Below, piece after piece: positions 41,468-51,154 of a DNA stretch of 61,305 bases (position 1 is its first letter; each line of letters starts with the position of its first letter). The notes below the pieces were generated by a model that saw only the letters and a list, made by a program, of their open reading frames with translations, was not told where the DNA came from and searched no databases. Source of the stretch: Capsulimonadales bacterium (lineage in GTDB: Bacteria; Armatimonadota; Armatimonadia; Armatimonadales; Armatimonadaceae); contig JANRLW010000034.1 in the NCBI GenBank assembly GCA_033762295.1, forward strand, positions 1-61,305. Direction: 5' to 3'. The position numbers and the translations under genes were made by a program.

Positions 41468-41490
41468 GGAACCGGAGGCGTAACCAAACC

Positions 41491-41898
41491 ATGGCATCTT
41501 CTCATTCGACGGCAGACGCGCACGGACACGGGGCGCTGAACCGGGGGCGACTTCCCGGGTCCGAACATATCAATCACCCGAACCCCGGAATCCTGACCGT
41601 GATCTATTTCGCGTTGCTCGGTCTGCTGGTAGTGACCGTCGGCCTGTACTCGGTCGACCTGCAGAAAGTCATCAAGTTCGTTCCGGGGATCAACCTGATC
41701 GTCGCGTTGATCGTCGCGGTCATCAAGGCGGCTCTGGTCGTCTGGTTCTTTATGAACGTTCGAGGGGGCACCCGCCTGATCGCTCTCTGGGCGTTTCTCG
41801 GGTTTATCTGGCTCCTCTTCATGGGCGGCATTTTCATGGACTACCTGACCCGACACTGGGTCGATCAGGCAGGCTGGCAGGCGATTCAGCGTCGTTAA
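41491..41898 (+). CDS. Cytochrome c oxidase subunit IV
   Basis: AVIKAALVVWFFMNV; three TM helices; last gene of the operon. Confidence 0.88.
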   Translation: MASSHSTADAHGHGALNRGRLPGSEHINHPNPGILTVIYFALLGLLVVTVGLYSVDLQKVIKFVPGINLIVALIVAVIKAALVVWFFMNVRGGTRLIALWAFLGFIWLLFMGGIFMDYLTRHWVDQAGWQAIQRR

Positions 41899-41924
41899 CG
41901 GCGCAAACGCGAACCCCCATATCG

Positions 41925-41964
41925 AAGATCGGCCCACCGGGAAACTCCGGTGGGCCGATCTTTT
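41925..41964. terminator. Terminator hairpin between convergent genes
   Basis: AAGATCGGCCCACCGG-GAAACT-CCGGTGGGCCGATCTT TT. Confidence 0.85.
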
Positions 41965-41966
41965 GC

Positions 41967-42155
41967 TTATTTGCCGCGCGTTCCGCTGCGACGCATCGGT
42001 TGCGGCGGCGGCGGGGAGTTTTGACGGGACCCGGAGCCGTCTCCGTCCGCCACCGGGGTGCCGTCCTCGTTGACGGTGGTTTTCTTACCCGCGTTTCGAT
42101 ACTGTTCCAGGATCTTGGCCGCATCCGGCGAGAGATTGGATTTCTTCTTTTGCAT
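41967..42155 (-). CDS. Small basic disordered hypothetical protein
   Basis: 62 aa; AAGGAG RBS upstream; ends at the terminator. Confidence 0.6.
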   Translation of the reverse strand: MQKKKSNLSPDAAKILEQYRNAGKKTTVNEDGTPVADGDGSGSRQNSPPPPQPMRRSGTRGK

Positions 42156-42318
42156 CTATGGTAACTCCTTGTCGCGAATGATTTTTGCGTAACTCCGAAC
42201 AAGCCCGTCTCTTTATCGTCCGGCGCGGACCGAGCGGCAAAGCCTTGCCGTCGTCCGGATTCGACGTTTTATAGTATAAACGGAAGGTGTATTATGGCTA
42301 CACATTCCATATCGTTTT

Positions 42319-43518
42319 CTACGCTATACGCGCAAAAAGGTTGCCCGGGAGACGGCGAACCTGCGCCTTCATTTCGAGCAGCGTTGCCGCGACCCCGGCC
42401 TGTGCCGGGCTGAGTCCAGCCGTCTCCAGGATTGCATCGAAATGCGTCGGAACGGAAGGCAGGCATGCCAGGAACCGTTCCTCCTCCGGGGAGAGAGGCC
42501 CTGTCGGTGGCGGAGCGGCAGCCGGCGTCGCATTCGACGATTCCTCCGGTTCCGGCGTCGCGAGTTTCACCGAACGCCGTGGTTCGGGGCGTTGCGTCCC
42601 CGCATTTTCGCCGAATAGCCCGAGGGCGAACAGAACATCCTCCGGGTTATCGGCGATCAACGCCCCATCCCGGATCAGTTCGTGGCAACCGCGTGATCGC
42701 CCGGTATCGACCGCCCCCGGAACCGCCAGCACCGATTTACCATACTCCGCCGCGCACCGGGCGGTGATCAACGCCCCGGAGTCGGGCGGCGACTCGATGA
42801 CCACCGTGACTTCCGACAACGCAGCGATGATTCGGTTTCTGGCCGGAAAACGCCAGGGTTCCGGCGGGGTGCCGATCGGATACTCACTCACGATCGCGCC
42901 GCCGCCTTCCGCAATCCGGCGAAACAGGGCGCGATTGCTCGACGGGTAAACATGATCGATGCCGCAACCCAGTATGACCACGGTTTTTCCGCCGGCGTCG
43001 AGCGCGCTGCGGTGAGCCGTCGTATCCACCCCGGCCGCGCCACCGGAAACGATCGTCACGCCGGCCTCACACAGGAGGCGGGCAAACCGCTCCGATTGCT
43101 CCTGTCCGTAACGGGTGGCGCGCCGCGATCCGACGATGGCGGCCATGCGTCCCGAAAGGCTATCCGTCTCCCCCTGAACGAAAAGCAACGGGGGGATGTC
43201 CGCGAACGGGAGCAGCGATTCCGGGTAGGCGGGATCGGCCCGCAGCAGGACACGAATCCCCAGACGTTCGGCGGTCCGTCCGAACTCGGTCGGAAACGGG
43301 GCGTCGGCGGCGAGACGAAGCCGGTCCGTCTGCTTCTCGGTCAGTTCGAACGGAGCGCGTCGGAAATCCGCCCAGGGCGTGGCGAAAAGATCGGTCAATG
43401 TCCGATGTTCCAGCAGGGCACGCAAACGGGTCGGCGGTATCTGCGCCTGAGCGAGGCGATGGGCGGCGATAAACGCGTCAGGTTGTTCCCGGTAGAGGAT
43501 GGAGGTCGGTGCGGACAT
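42319..43518 (-). CDS. dprA: DNA processing protein DprA
   Basis: AIVGSRRAT, IVSGGAAGVD, FPARNRIIA, SGALITA, C-terminal winged helix. Confidence 0.95.
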   Translation of the reverse strand: MSAPTSILYREQPDAFIAAHRLAQAQIPPTRLRALLEHRTLTDLFATPWADFRRAPFELTEKQTDRLRLAADAPFPTEFGRTAERLGIRVLLRADPAYPESLLPFADIPPLLFVQGETDSLSGRMAAIVGSRRATRYGQEQSERFARLLCEAGVTIVSGGAAGVDTTAHRSALDAGGKTVVILGCGIDHVYPSSNRALFRRIAEGGGAIVSEYPIGTPPEPWRFPARNRIIAALSEVTVVIESPPDSGALITARCAAEYGKSVLAVPGAVDTGRSRGCHELIRDGALIADNPEDVLFALGLFGENAGTQRPEPRRSVKLATPEPEESSNATPAAAPPPTGPLSPEEERFLACLPSVPTHFDAILETAGLSPAQAGVAATLLEMKAQVRRLPGNLFARIA

Positions 43519-43602
43519 GCGGAGTTTATTCAATCGGTTGGCGGACGGTAAATGGAAAATGGGGTCGCCGGAAGGGACGACCCCATGACGACCCACCCGG
43601 AG

Positions 43603-45645
43603 TTACGGGTTCGGCTGTTCGGTCGGCGGGTTCGGCTGCTCCTCCGGCGGGGCCGGCCCATCGTTCGGCGGCGGCGCGCCTTCCGGAGTGCCGGGCGGGT
43701 TATTCGCCGGGTTGTTTCCTCCGCGCCGACCGCGTCGGTTCCGCTGGGGGTTGCCGGTCGATTCGGTGTTCCGCGCGGTCCGTGCGACCGGCGCACGGCG
43801 CGTTTGCGGCGGCAGGGAGTTATTGACGATGAAGGACCAGGACTGCTCGGTTTTATTTCCACGGTAGTCGGTCGCCGTAATGGAGATCACATGGCGGCCG
43901 TCCGTCAGCGGTTGATCGACGATCTTTCCGGAGTCCTTGGTGACGTAGATCAGCAGGCTACGCGACGGGTCGTACTGTGCCGCAACCCGGGCGTCATCCA
44001 GTTTGACGACGAAGGAGTTGGGATCGACGCCGCTGCCGATGTCGGTGATTTTGGCCGCCAGAGTGACCGGAGGCTGACCCGAGACGGAAAAGCCGGCCGG
44101 CGGATACAACTCGGCCAGTTCGGGACCGGTGGCATCCGGCGCGTCGGAGCGGAAGGCCGAGAGCGAACCATCGTCGCCGATAACAAACAGGGTTCCGTTC
44201 GCCACCGCGATCGGCGCGGTCAGCGAGACATCGTCGGAGTTGTCGGAACGCTGTCCGCGCCGATTGCCCTGACCGGCAAAGTTCCCCTGGCCTCCGGTGT
44301 TCCCACCGCCGCCCCGGTTTTGACCGCCGCCTCCGGCAAAGCCGCCTCCACCGCCTCCGGCAAAACCGCCTCCGCCGAAGCCGCCGCGCGCGCCGCCGCC
44401 GCTTTCATCGCCGCCGAATCCGCCCCCGCCTCCGCCGCCGAACCGGTTGTTTTGCGTGTCGCGACGCAGGGGCAGATTGGAGCTGAGATTCACATAATAG
44501 GACCAGAGGAGCTTGCCGTCCTCGGTAGACACGGCCATCACCTGGTTCTGGTTGGTCGGGATATACATGACATTACCGACCATGGTCGGAGCGGCTGCGG
44601 GAGCCAGCGGAAGCGCCACCGGTTTCGCCCAGAGGTCACGACCGTTATTCGCGCGGAGTGCGTACAGGATCGCGCCTTCTTCCCGGGAGTTACGGACCAG
44701 CGTATAGATGGTGTTGCCGTTGGCGATCGGTGCGACCAGGACATCGTCCGGCAGCGTTCGCGTCCACCGGGTCAGGCCGGAGTTTGGCTGAATCGCGAGA
44801 AGATTTCGGCCGGCAGGGGCGAACAGCGTGTTGTCCGAGTAGGCGAGACCATCGTTCGGCATACGACCGGGGGTGCGGATCGTCCAGCGGCCAACACCGG
44901 TCGACTGTCGAAGGGCGTGGATCGTATTGTCGTTGGTGGTGAAGAAGATCATCCCGTCGCTGATGATCGGAGCGGAGTTGATCCCGTCCCGAACCCGGTA
45001 CTGCTGGTTCCAGACATAGTTACCGCTCTCCGGGTTCAGCGCGTAAAACGTCCCGTCGTTGGAGCCGAAGTAGAGGACTTTGTCATACAGGGTGGGGGAG
45101 GAGTTGATCGGGCGGCCCGTTTTGAATCGGATAATCTGTGCGCCGGTCCGGGCGTTCAGCACGTACATGTATCCGTTGGACGCGCCGATAAAGACCTTTT
45201 CGTCCTGGACGAGCGGGGCGGTAAGGAAGATCGCGTTTTCCAGAAGTCCGTTGTCATCGTTGGGGAACTGCCACTTTCGCGCACCGGTTCGCACGTCCAC
45301 CGCGAAGACGGTACCGCCCCGGTCGGAGCGGGCGCGGGCCGCATAGTAGGCGGTATCGCCGACGATGGCCGGCGAGCAGGGGTTGTTGCGCTGGGCTCCC
45401 GCCGAGAACCGCCAGAGCAACGAAAGCGGCGGCTTGATCGTTTCGTCGGAGATGCTTCGGCGTGTCACACCCCCGCGCAGTTCCGGCCAGTCGCGTCGAC
45501 CGTTCAGGGCGGATGCCGCAGGCGCCTCATCGCCCTGAGCATGGACGGGAGCGATTCCCGCGACTCCGAGGATGGCACCGGCTCCGAAAAGGACCGTCAG
45601 AGAAGCCAGACCGCTGTCTGCGCGGCGGCGGAGGATGTTAGTCAT
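43603..45645 (-). CDS. Exported PQQ-like (BamB-type) beta-propeller protein with Gly-rich insert and Ig-like C-terminal domain
   Basis: Repeated Trp-docking blades (AVDVRTGARKWQF, YALNPESGNYVW, AVSTEDGKLLW); signal peptide. Confidence 0.85.
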   Translation of the reverse strand: MTNILRRRADSGLASLTVLFGAGAILGVAGIAPVHAQGDEAPAASALNGRRDWPELRGGVTRRSISDETIKPPLSLLWRFSAGAQRNNPCSPAIVGDTAYYAARARSDRGGTVFAVDVRTGARKWQFPNDDNGLLENAIFLTAPLVQDEKVFIGASNGYMYVLNARTGAQIIRFKTGRPINSSPTLYDKVLYFGSNDGTFYALNPESGNYVWNQQYRVRDGINSAPIISDGMIFFTTNDNTIHALRQSTGVGRWTIRTPGRMPNDGLAYSDNTLFAPAGRNLLAIQPNSGLTRWTRTLPDDVLVAPIANGNTIYTLVRNSREEGAILYALRANNGRDLWAKPVALPLAPAAAPTMVGNVMYIPTNQNQVMAVSTEDGKLLWSYYVNLSSNLPLRRDTQNNRFGGGGGGGFGGDESGGGARGGFGGGGFAGGGGGGFAGGGGQNRGGGGNTGGQGNFAGQGNRRGQRSDNSDDVSLTAPIAVANGTLFVIGDDGSLSAFRSDAPDATGPELAELYPPAGFSVSGQPPVTLAAKITDIGSGVDPNSFVVKLDDARVAAQYDPSRSLLIYVTKDSGKIVDQPLTDGRHVISITATDYRGNKTEQSWSFIVNNSLPPQTRRAPVARTARNTESTGNPQRNRRGRRGGNNPANNPPGTPEGAPPPNDGPAPPEEQPNPPTEQPNP

Positions 45646-45817
45646 ACCTTGATTCCTCTATCACGAACGGCGCGACGGCCGATTGATTCCCGGGTGTGGC
45701 TCCTGATACCAAGGAGGCCCCTGAGTTCCCGCGACGCCGCCAAATTATAACAAAAACACCTTACAAGCGTCAAGTATTACGTATCTTGCCCCGGACCCCG
45801 GGTTCTTGCCCTCAGGG

Positions 45818-47074
45818 TCAGGATTTCCCCCGGCGAGCAGCGGACTTTGCCCGAACTCTACCGCTCTTTTTATCGGAATCCGGGCCGAAAACAAGGAGGG
45901 CGTTCGCAACCGGGCGCTCCCGCCCGTCGCTCGGGGTGTTGACGACCCGGCCGTGAACGATCATGACGGACGAACCGCCCCCATCCAGATTGACCGCGTC
46001 CCGCGTATCATACTTCAATAGTAGCGCCGCCAGTTCCGAAAGCGACATGCCCCGACTGACCGTCTTCCGCCGTCCGTCCACGACCGCCAGAAGCAGTTTG
46101 CCGTCCCGGGTGATGCCCGCCGCCGTCCGCGGATGCCGCGTGACCGCGAAGCCCGACGAAAAACCCTCTGCCGCCGCCCGGATCGTCACTTTCCCGTTCC
46201 GGATCAAACGCGGTCCGCCGCTGACCGCCGTCCGTATGTCGGTGAAGCGGACCGGTCTGCCCGAAAGCGAACTTACCCCCGGACGAAAGGACAGCGTTCG
46301 ACCGGGCAGGGCATAACGACGAAGGAACGCCGCGCCGGGTCCGATACCGGATAATACTACCGTGTTCTTCGACAGCGGCGATTCTCCTCCCTGCCCGATG
46401 GTTTTTACCCGCCCGGCGTAGGTACGATTGGGCAAGATCGGTGTCCGGATACCGGCAAGAACCACTTCGGTACGAGCCGGCTGCTTCAATGTCCGCTCGG
46501 CGAAGGTCGGAGTGAAGAGCAGTAACGCCTCTTTCGCGCCCGGACGTCGGTTCATTCCGCTCAGCGAAAACCGGGCGGTACGCCCCTTCGTCTTCGCCAC
46601 TGCCTGACCGGCAAACGAGAAGGCATCGAGACGCGCCCGGTTTCCACGGTCGATCAGGAGGCAGGTGCGGGATGCGCCCGGCTCGGTGACGATCTCGCCG
46701 TCCTGGATATGGAGTCCGATCGGATTTCCGCCGAGGGGAAAGAACCCCGCATTTACCGCGGCGACCGCCCGACGCCGCTTCGCCATCGCCGAAACGATCT
46801 CCCGCCCGGAAGTCGGGTCGGTCCCCCACACACGGTCCCCGCCGAGGGCAGCGGTGACACGCACTCCCGACCGTTTCAGATCGACGAGAAGAAGGGACGC
46901 CGACAGCGGCCCCTCCGTTGCGTTCGCCGCGACGGACTCCCGAATCAGCGTGATACCGGGCGACACCACCCGGCGCGTCACGATCCGTCCCGTTTCCCGC
47001 CCCGCCGTCCCGTGACCACCCGCCGGCTGACAGACGAACCACAGGACGCAGCCGGAGATTACCGAATGCCACAC
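45818..47074 (-). CDS. Phosphodiester glycosidase (NAGPA/DUF2233) family protein; start uncertain
   Basis: AAVNAGFF, RHPRTAAG, VVDGR, AVNLDGGGSS, ERPVANAL. Confidence 0.9.
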   Translation of the reverse strand: MWHSVISGCVLWFVCQPAGGHGTAGRETGRIVTRRVVSPGITLIRESVAANATEGPLSASLLLVDLKRSGVRVTAALGGDRVWGTDPTSGREIVSAMAKRRRAVAAVNAGFFPLGGNPIGLHIQDGEIVTEPGASRTCLLIDRGNRARLDAFSFAGQAVAKTKGRTARFSLSGMNRRPGAKEALLLFTPTFAERTLKQPARTEVVLAGIRTPILPNRTYAGRVKTIGQGGESPLSKNTVVLSGIGPGAAFLRRYALPGRTLSFRPGVSSLSGRPVRFTDIRTAVSGGPRLIRNGKVTIRAAAEGFSSGFAVTRHPRTAAGITRDGKLLLAVVDGRRKTVSRGMSLSELAALLLKYDTRDAVNLDGGGSSVMIVHGRVVNTPSDGRERPVANALLVFGPDSDKKSGRVRAKSAARRGKS

Positions 47075-47209
47075 GTCCTGTGGTTCGACGCCCGAGCGGA
47101 ATTGCCCTTCCCGTCCGACCCATCCGATCGAGACGGGTTCGGAAGAACCGGGGTTCCGTCCGTCGGTTGCCGCTCGTCCGCCGGGCCGAAACGGCGGTAC
47201 AATGGACGC

Positions 47210-48019
47210 ATGTTTCGTTTTGTTCGCGCCTACCCGCCGGCCCGACCCGCCGAAGGGCCCGTTCTCCTGCTGCAGTTCCATAACGGAGAGTTCGTCCATC
47301 GCCGGGAGGCGTTTTCCCCGGTCGTTCCCGGACCGGAAGGAATGGTCCCCCGTCTCTTCGTCGGAATGCTGGACGGGGTGCCCTGTCTGGCGGAGGCGCT
47401 GCCCGAATCCGAGGCGTTGCCGGAGGGGATGCGCACGGTCGGCCTGCGGTCTCTGTACGGTCATATCGACGAGGCGTATTACGTGCTGGTCGGATACGCG
47501 GCGCAACTGGTGCGATGGCAGCGTACGGCACGGTTCTGTTCGGTCTGCGCATCGGAAATGCGGGATGTGACCAATACCTGGGGCCGTGAGTGTCCGAACT
47601 GCGGCCATACCGGCTATCCTCCGGTCAGTCCGGCGGTGCTGGCGCTGGTGCATGACGGCGGGGACCGGGTGCTGCTGGCGCAGAAACCGGGCTGGGGCGA
47701 CCGCTTCTCGATTCTTGCCGGATTTGTCGAGCCGGGCGAATCGCTGGAGGAGTGCGTCGTCCGCGAAGTCCATGAGGAGGTCGGCGTCCTGGTCGACGAT
47801 CCGACCTACCAGGGGAGTCAGTCCTGGCCGTTCCCGCATCAGATCATGATCGGGTTCACCTGCCGTTATCGGAGCGGTGAGGTCGTCCCCGATGAGACCG
47901 AGCTGTCCCGCGCCGAATGGTTTCGTTACGATGCGATGCCCGAACTGCCGCCGCCCCTGTCCCTTTCCCGACAGATCATCGACCGGTGGGTCGCGTCCCG
48001 TCGGAACTCCGGGAACTGA
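47210..48019 (+). CDS. nudC: NAD(+) diphosphatase
   Basis: FCSVC..CPNCG..YP, Nudix box AGFVEPGESLEECVVREVHEEVG, SQSWPFPH. Confidence 0.93.
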   Translation: MFRFVRAYPPARPAEGPVLLLQFHNGEFVHRREAFSPVVPGPEGMVPRLFVGMLDGVPCLAEALPESEALPEGMRTVGLRSLYGHIDEAYYVLVGYAAQLVRWQRTARFCSVCASEMRDVTNTWGRECPNCGHTGYPPVSPAVLALVHDGGDRVLLAQKPGWGDRFSILAGFVEPGESLEECVVREVHEEVGVLVDDPTYQGSQSWPFPHQIMIGFTCRYRSGEVVPDETELSRAEWFRYDAMPELPPPLSLSRQIIDRWVASRRNSGN

Positions 48020-48076
48020 AGAACGGCGGCGGGGACTTTCGGGCAAAAAGACGTTTTGTTATAATGAGGGCGACCG

Positions 48077-49336
48077 ATGAAGTATACGTTCATTCCGCCC
48101 CGCCTTTCCGAGCCTCTGCTGCGATTCGTCTTCGCAGTCTATGACATCGCGCTCCCGATCAAGGAGAACGTCACCCGATTCGTTTGCGAACCGGAGGACT
48201 GGAACCGTCTCGCCGATCTGAAGGGGAAACGGGCTATTCTGCTCTGTAACCATCCCTCGCTGACCGATCCGCCGATCCTGTTCGGCCTTTCCCGGCGGCT
48301 GAAGGAACCGTTCTATTACGTCGCTTCCTACGATCTCTTCGTGTTGATTCCCTGGCTTGGCTGGTTCATCAACCGACTGGGCGCCTTCTCCATCCAGCAG
48401 GGCGGCGCCGACCGCGAATCGCTGAAGATGTCGCAGGAGATTTTGATCGAGCGGCATGCCAAACTGGTGATCCTTCCGGAGGGCGAACCGAATTTCTGCA
48501 ACGAACGGATGCAGAAAATCAATCCCGGCGCGATTCAGATCGGCATCTGGGCGGCGGAGAAACTGGTGCGCAAAGCCGAGGAGGAGGGGAAAGAGATGCC
48601 GGCGCTCCCGGTTTTGCCGATCGTCATCAAATACCGGCACGTCGGCGACCCGCGCCCCGAACTGACCCGGACCCTGGAGGAGATCGAACGCGCCCTGGGG
48701 ATCGTCCCGGACGTGCGGACAGGGGTTCTCGAACGAACGTGCCATGCGGCGAAGGTCGTTCTGAGCCGGATCGAGAAGGAGTACGACCTTCCCGAACCGA
48801 CCGATGGGCAGACCGTCGACGACCGGATCGAAAGAATCTACGGCCATATCGAACAGCGGATTCTGACCGTCACTCATTCCCGTGCGCCGCGCGAGACGGA
48901 ACGGCATACCCGGATGCGCGCCCTCTTCAATTTGCTGTACGATTTCCGCGATCAACTTGCCGATGGAACGACGTCGGACGAACGACGCCGTCACGAACGG
49001 CGGAAAAAGACGTTCGACGGCGTCTTCGCCGACATGCGCCGTTACGAGAACTTCATGACCATCAGCGCGGATTTTCTGACCGATGCGCCGTCGACCGAAC
49101 GCTGGAGCGAGATGTTGTACCGGCTCTCCAAAGAGGTTCTGGGCCGGGAAATACGTATGCCCCGGCGGGAAGCGATCGTCCGTATCGGCGAACCGACCGA
49201 TATCGTCGCCCATCTCGATGCCTACAAGAAGGCGAAACGGGAGACACTATTGCGCCTGACGGAGCATTTCGACGCGCAGATGCGCGGACTGCTGGAATCG
49301 ATGCGGGCCGAACGAACTCCGATCGAAGGTCCCTGA
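48077..49336 (+). CDS. Phospholipid/glycerol acyltransferase
   Basis: NHPSLTD (HX4D), LPEG, LPIVIKY; extended -10 TGTTATAAT just upstream. Confidence 0.85.
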   Translation: MKYTFIPPRLSEPLLRFVFAVYDIALPIKENVTRFVCEPEDWNRLADLKGKRAILLCNHPSLTDPPILFGLSRRLKEPFYYVASYDLFVLIPWLGWFINRLGAFSIQQGGADRESLKMSQEILIERHAKLVILPEGEPNFCNERMQKINPGAIQIGIWAAEKLVRKAEEEGKEMPALPVLPIVIKYRHVGDPRPELTRTLEEIERALGIVPDVRTGVLERTCHAAKVVLSRIEKEYDLPEPTDGQTVDDRIERIYGHIEQRILTVTHSRAPRETERHTRMRALFNLLYDFRDQLADGTTSDERRRHERRKKTFDGVFADMRRYENFMTISADFLTDAPSTERWSEMLYRLSKEVLGREIRMPRREAIVRIGEPTDIVAHLDAYKKAKRETLLRLTEHFDAQMRGLLESMRAERTPIEGP

Positions 49337-49408
49337 TCTCCCAGGACAATCGACCCCGGCCGGGAAATCTTTAAGGCAGATGAAGACCGTGCGCGTTCGT
49401 GCGCGGCG

Positions 49409-49696
49409 TCAGTGGGCGGCGGAAGGGGAATGTCCGGCGTCGGAATCCTTCTTCGATCCGTGCGCCTCCCCGCCGTGGGAGTCCTTGCCTGCGTGGGAGT
49501 CCTTGCCTGCGTGGGAATCCGCGCCGGCATGCGACGTGCCGTGTCCGTCGCCGTACCCCTTGCCGTCGCCGTGTCCCTTGCCAGATCCGCCCGATTTACC
49601 GAAGGTCGTCGCCAGGACGAAGACCATGGCGAAGACCAGGACCGTCACACCGAGAACGGAGGCCACGAATCGCGCGGTACGGGGCAGTTTTTCCAT
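49409..49696 (-). CDS. Small membrane-anchored His/Gly-repeat protein
   Basis: One TM helix then GHGDGKGYGDGHG..DSHAGKDSHAGKDSHGG; GAGG RBS; 18-nt DNA repeats. Confidence 0.6.
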   Translation of the reverse strand: MEKLPRTARFVASVLGVTVLVFAMVFVLATTFGKSGGSGKGHGDGKGYGDGHGTSHAGADSHAGKDSHAGKDSHGGEAHGSKKDSDAGHSPSAAH

Positions 49697-49916
49697 GACC
49701 TCTTTATATCGTACGGTCGGTCCTTCGGCGAGGACTCCGTACGATTCAGCCCTTTTGCGAGGGCATCTCCGGGTTCCTGTAGGCAAATTTACGGGTCTGA
49801 CGACCGGGGCTATAGACAAATAAACTTCCGCCGATACTATAATGGAGCGGAGGGGTTCGCAGGAAACCTCGCCTCCGGACAGCGCAACTGACCAAAGGAC
49901 CAAAACACAGCAGACC

Positions 49917-51107
49917 ATGTCAACGATCAACCACCCGTCGAACGTCGACTCACGACGCACCGTTCTGTTCCTGAGTTCCTGCACCGGGGCCTGGGGCGGG
50001 AGCGAGGAACTCTGGAGTCAGACGGCGTTGCGCCTGGTCGGCCAGGGACATCGGGTCCATGCGGTGAAAATGGGCGTGGATCGGAAGCACCGTCGTATCC
50101 GGCAATTGACGGACGCGGGCATCTCTCTCGAGGATCACTGGAACGTTCCCATGCCGCCGGGAGGGAACGTGGCGCGCCGCCTGCTGCCCCGCCGGTGGAC
50201 CGGTCGGTTCGATTATCACGCCTTCCACCATCTTTGCGACACGATCCGCCAGTTGAAGCCCGATATCGTCGTCATCTCGCAGGGGGATAACTTCGACGGA
50301 CTGGAGTTTGTGACCGCCTGCCAGAAGACCGATTCTCCTTACCTGCTGGTCAGCCACAAAGCCTCCGACCTGAACTGGCCGGTGGACTGGTATCGGGAGG
50401 CGATTCTCAACGCCTACACCGGGGCACGGGCGAGCTACTTCGTCTCCCGGCACAATCGCGAGTTGACCGAAGCCCAGATCGGCGTTCGGCTTTCGAACGC
50501 GGAGGTGGTCCGCAACCCGTTCCTGACGCCGGTGGAGGAACCGCTGCCCTGGCCCGAAAGCCCTGACGGACGATTCCGACTGGCCTGTGTCGGACGGATC
50601 TTCATTCGAGACAAAGGACAGGACCTCCTGGTACGCGTCCTGGCTCAGGAGAAGTGGCGAAGTCGGCCGCTGGAAGTGGCGTTCTTCGGCGAGGGCGTGC
50701 ATGGTGACGCCCTGAAACAGATGGCCGGATTGCTGGGCGTTGACAATGTCCGGTTCCCCGGGTTCGCCTGGAATGTCGAGAAAATCTGGCAGACGCACCA
50801 TGCTCTGGCGTTGCCGTCCCGGGCGGAGGGGCTTCCGCTGACCGTCGTCGAGGCGATGTGGTGCGGACGTCCGATTATCGTCACGGATGTGGGCGGCAAC
50901 GCCGAATTGATGGACGATGGGGAGACCGGTTTCCTGGCGACCGGGCCGAGCGTGGAGGAGTTCGATACCGCACTGGAGCGTGCCTGGGAGCGTCGAGAGG
51001 AATGGGAGCGGATCGGGCAACTGGCCGCCCGGCGCATCCGCGAGCGTATACCCGCCGATCCGATCGGCGTTTTCGTTGACAAGATTTTCGAGTTCTGCGG
51101 GCGTTAG
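49917..51107 (+). CDS. Glycosyltransferase family 4 (copy 1)
   Basis: WGGSE, VGRI..KGQD, PSRAEGLPLTVVEAM (EX7E). Confidence 0.93.
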   Translation: MSTINHPSNVDSRRTVLFLSSCTGAWGGSEELWSQTALRLVGQGHRVHAVKMGVDRKHRRIRQLTDAGISLEDHWNVPMPPGGNVARRLLPRRWTGRFDYHAFHHLCDTIRQLKPDIVVISQGDNFDGLEFVTACQKTDSPYLLVSHKASDLNWPVDWYREAILNAYTGARASYFVSRHNRELTEAQIGVRLSNAEVVRNPFLTPVEEPLPWPESPDGRFRLACVGRIFIRDKGQDLLVRVLAQEKWRSRPLEVAFFGEGVHGDALKQMAGLLGVDNVRFPGFAWNVEKIWQTHHALALPSRAEGLPLTVVEAMWCGRPIIVTDVGGNAELMDDGETGFLATGPSVEEFDTALERAWERREEWERIGQLAARRIRERIPADPIGVFVDKIFEFCGR

Positions 51108-51154
51108 AGCGACCCGTCCGGAACCGCCGTTTCACGGGGCGAGGAAAAGAGGAA

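Noticed and set aside
46709..48046. Apparent long overlap between the NAGPA-family ORF and nudC
   Set aside because: Caused by maximal ORF extension; motif-bearing parts start near 47074 (-) and 47210 (+) and do not overlap.
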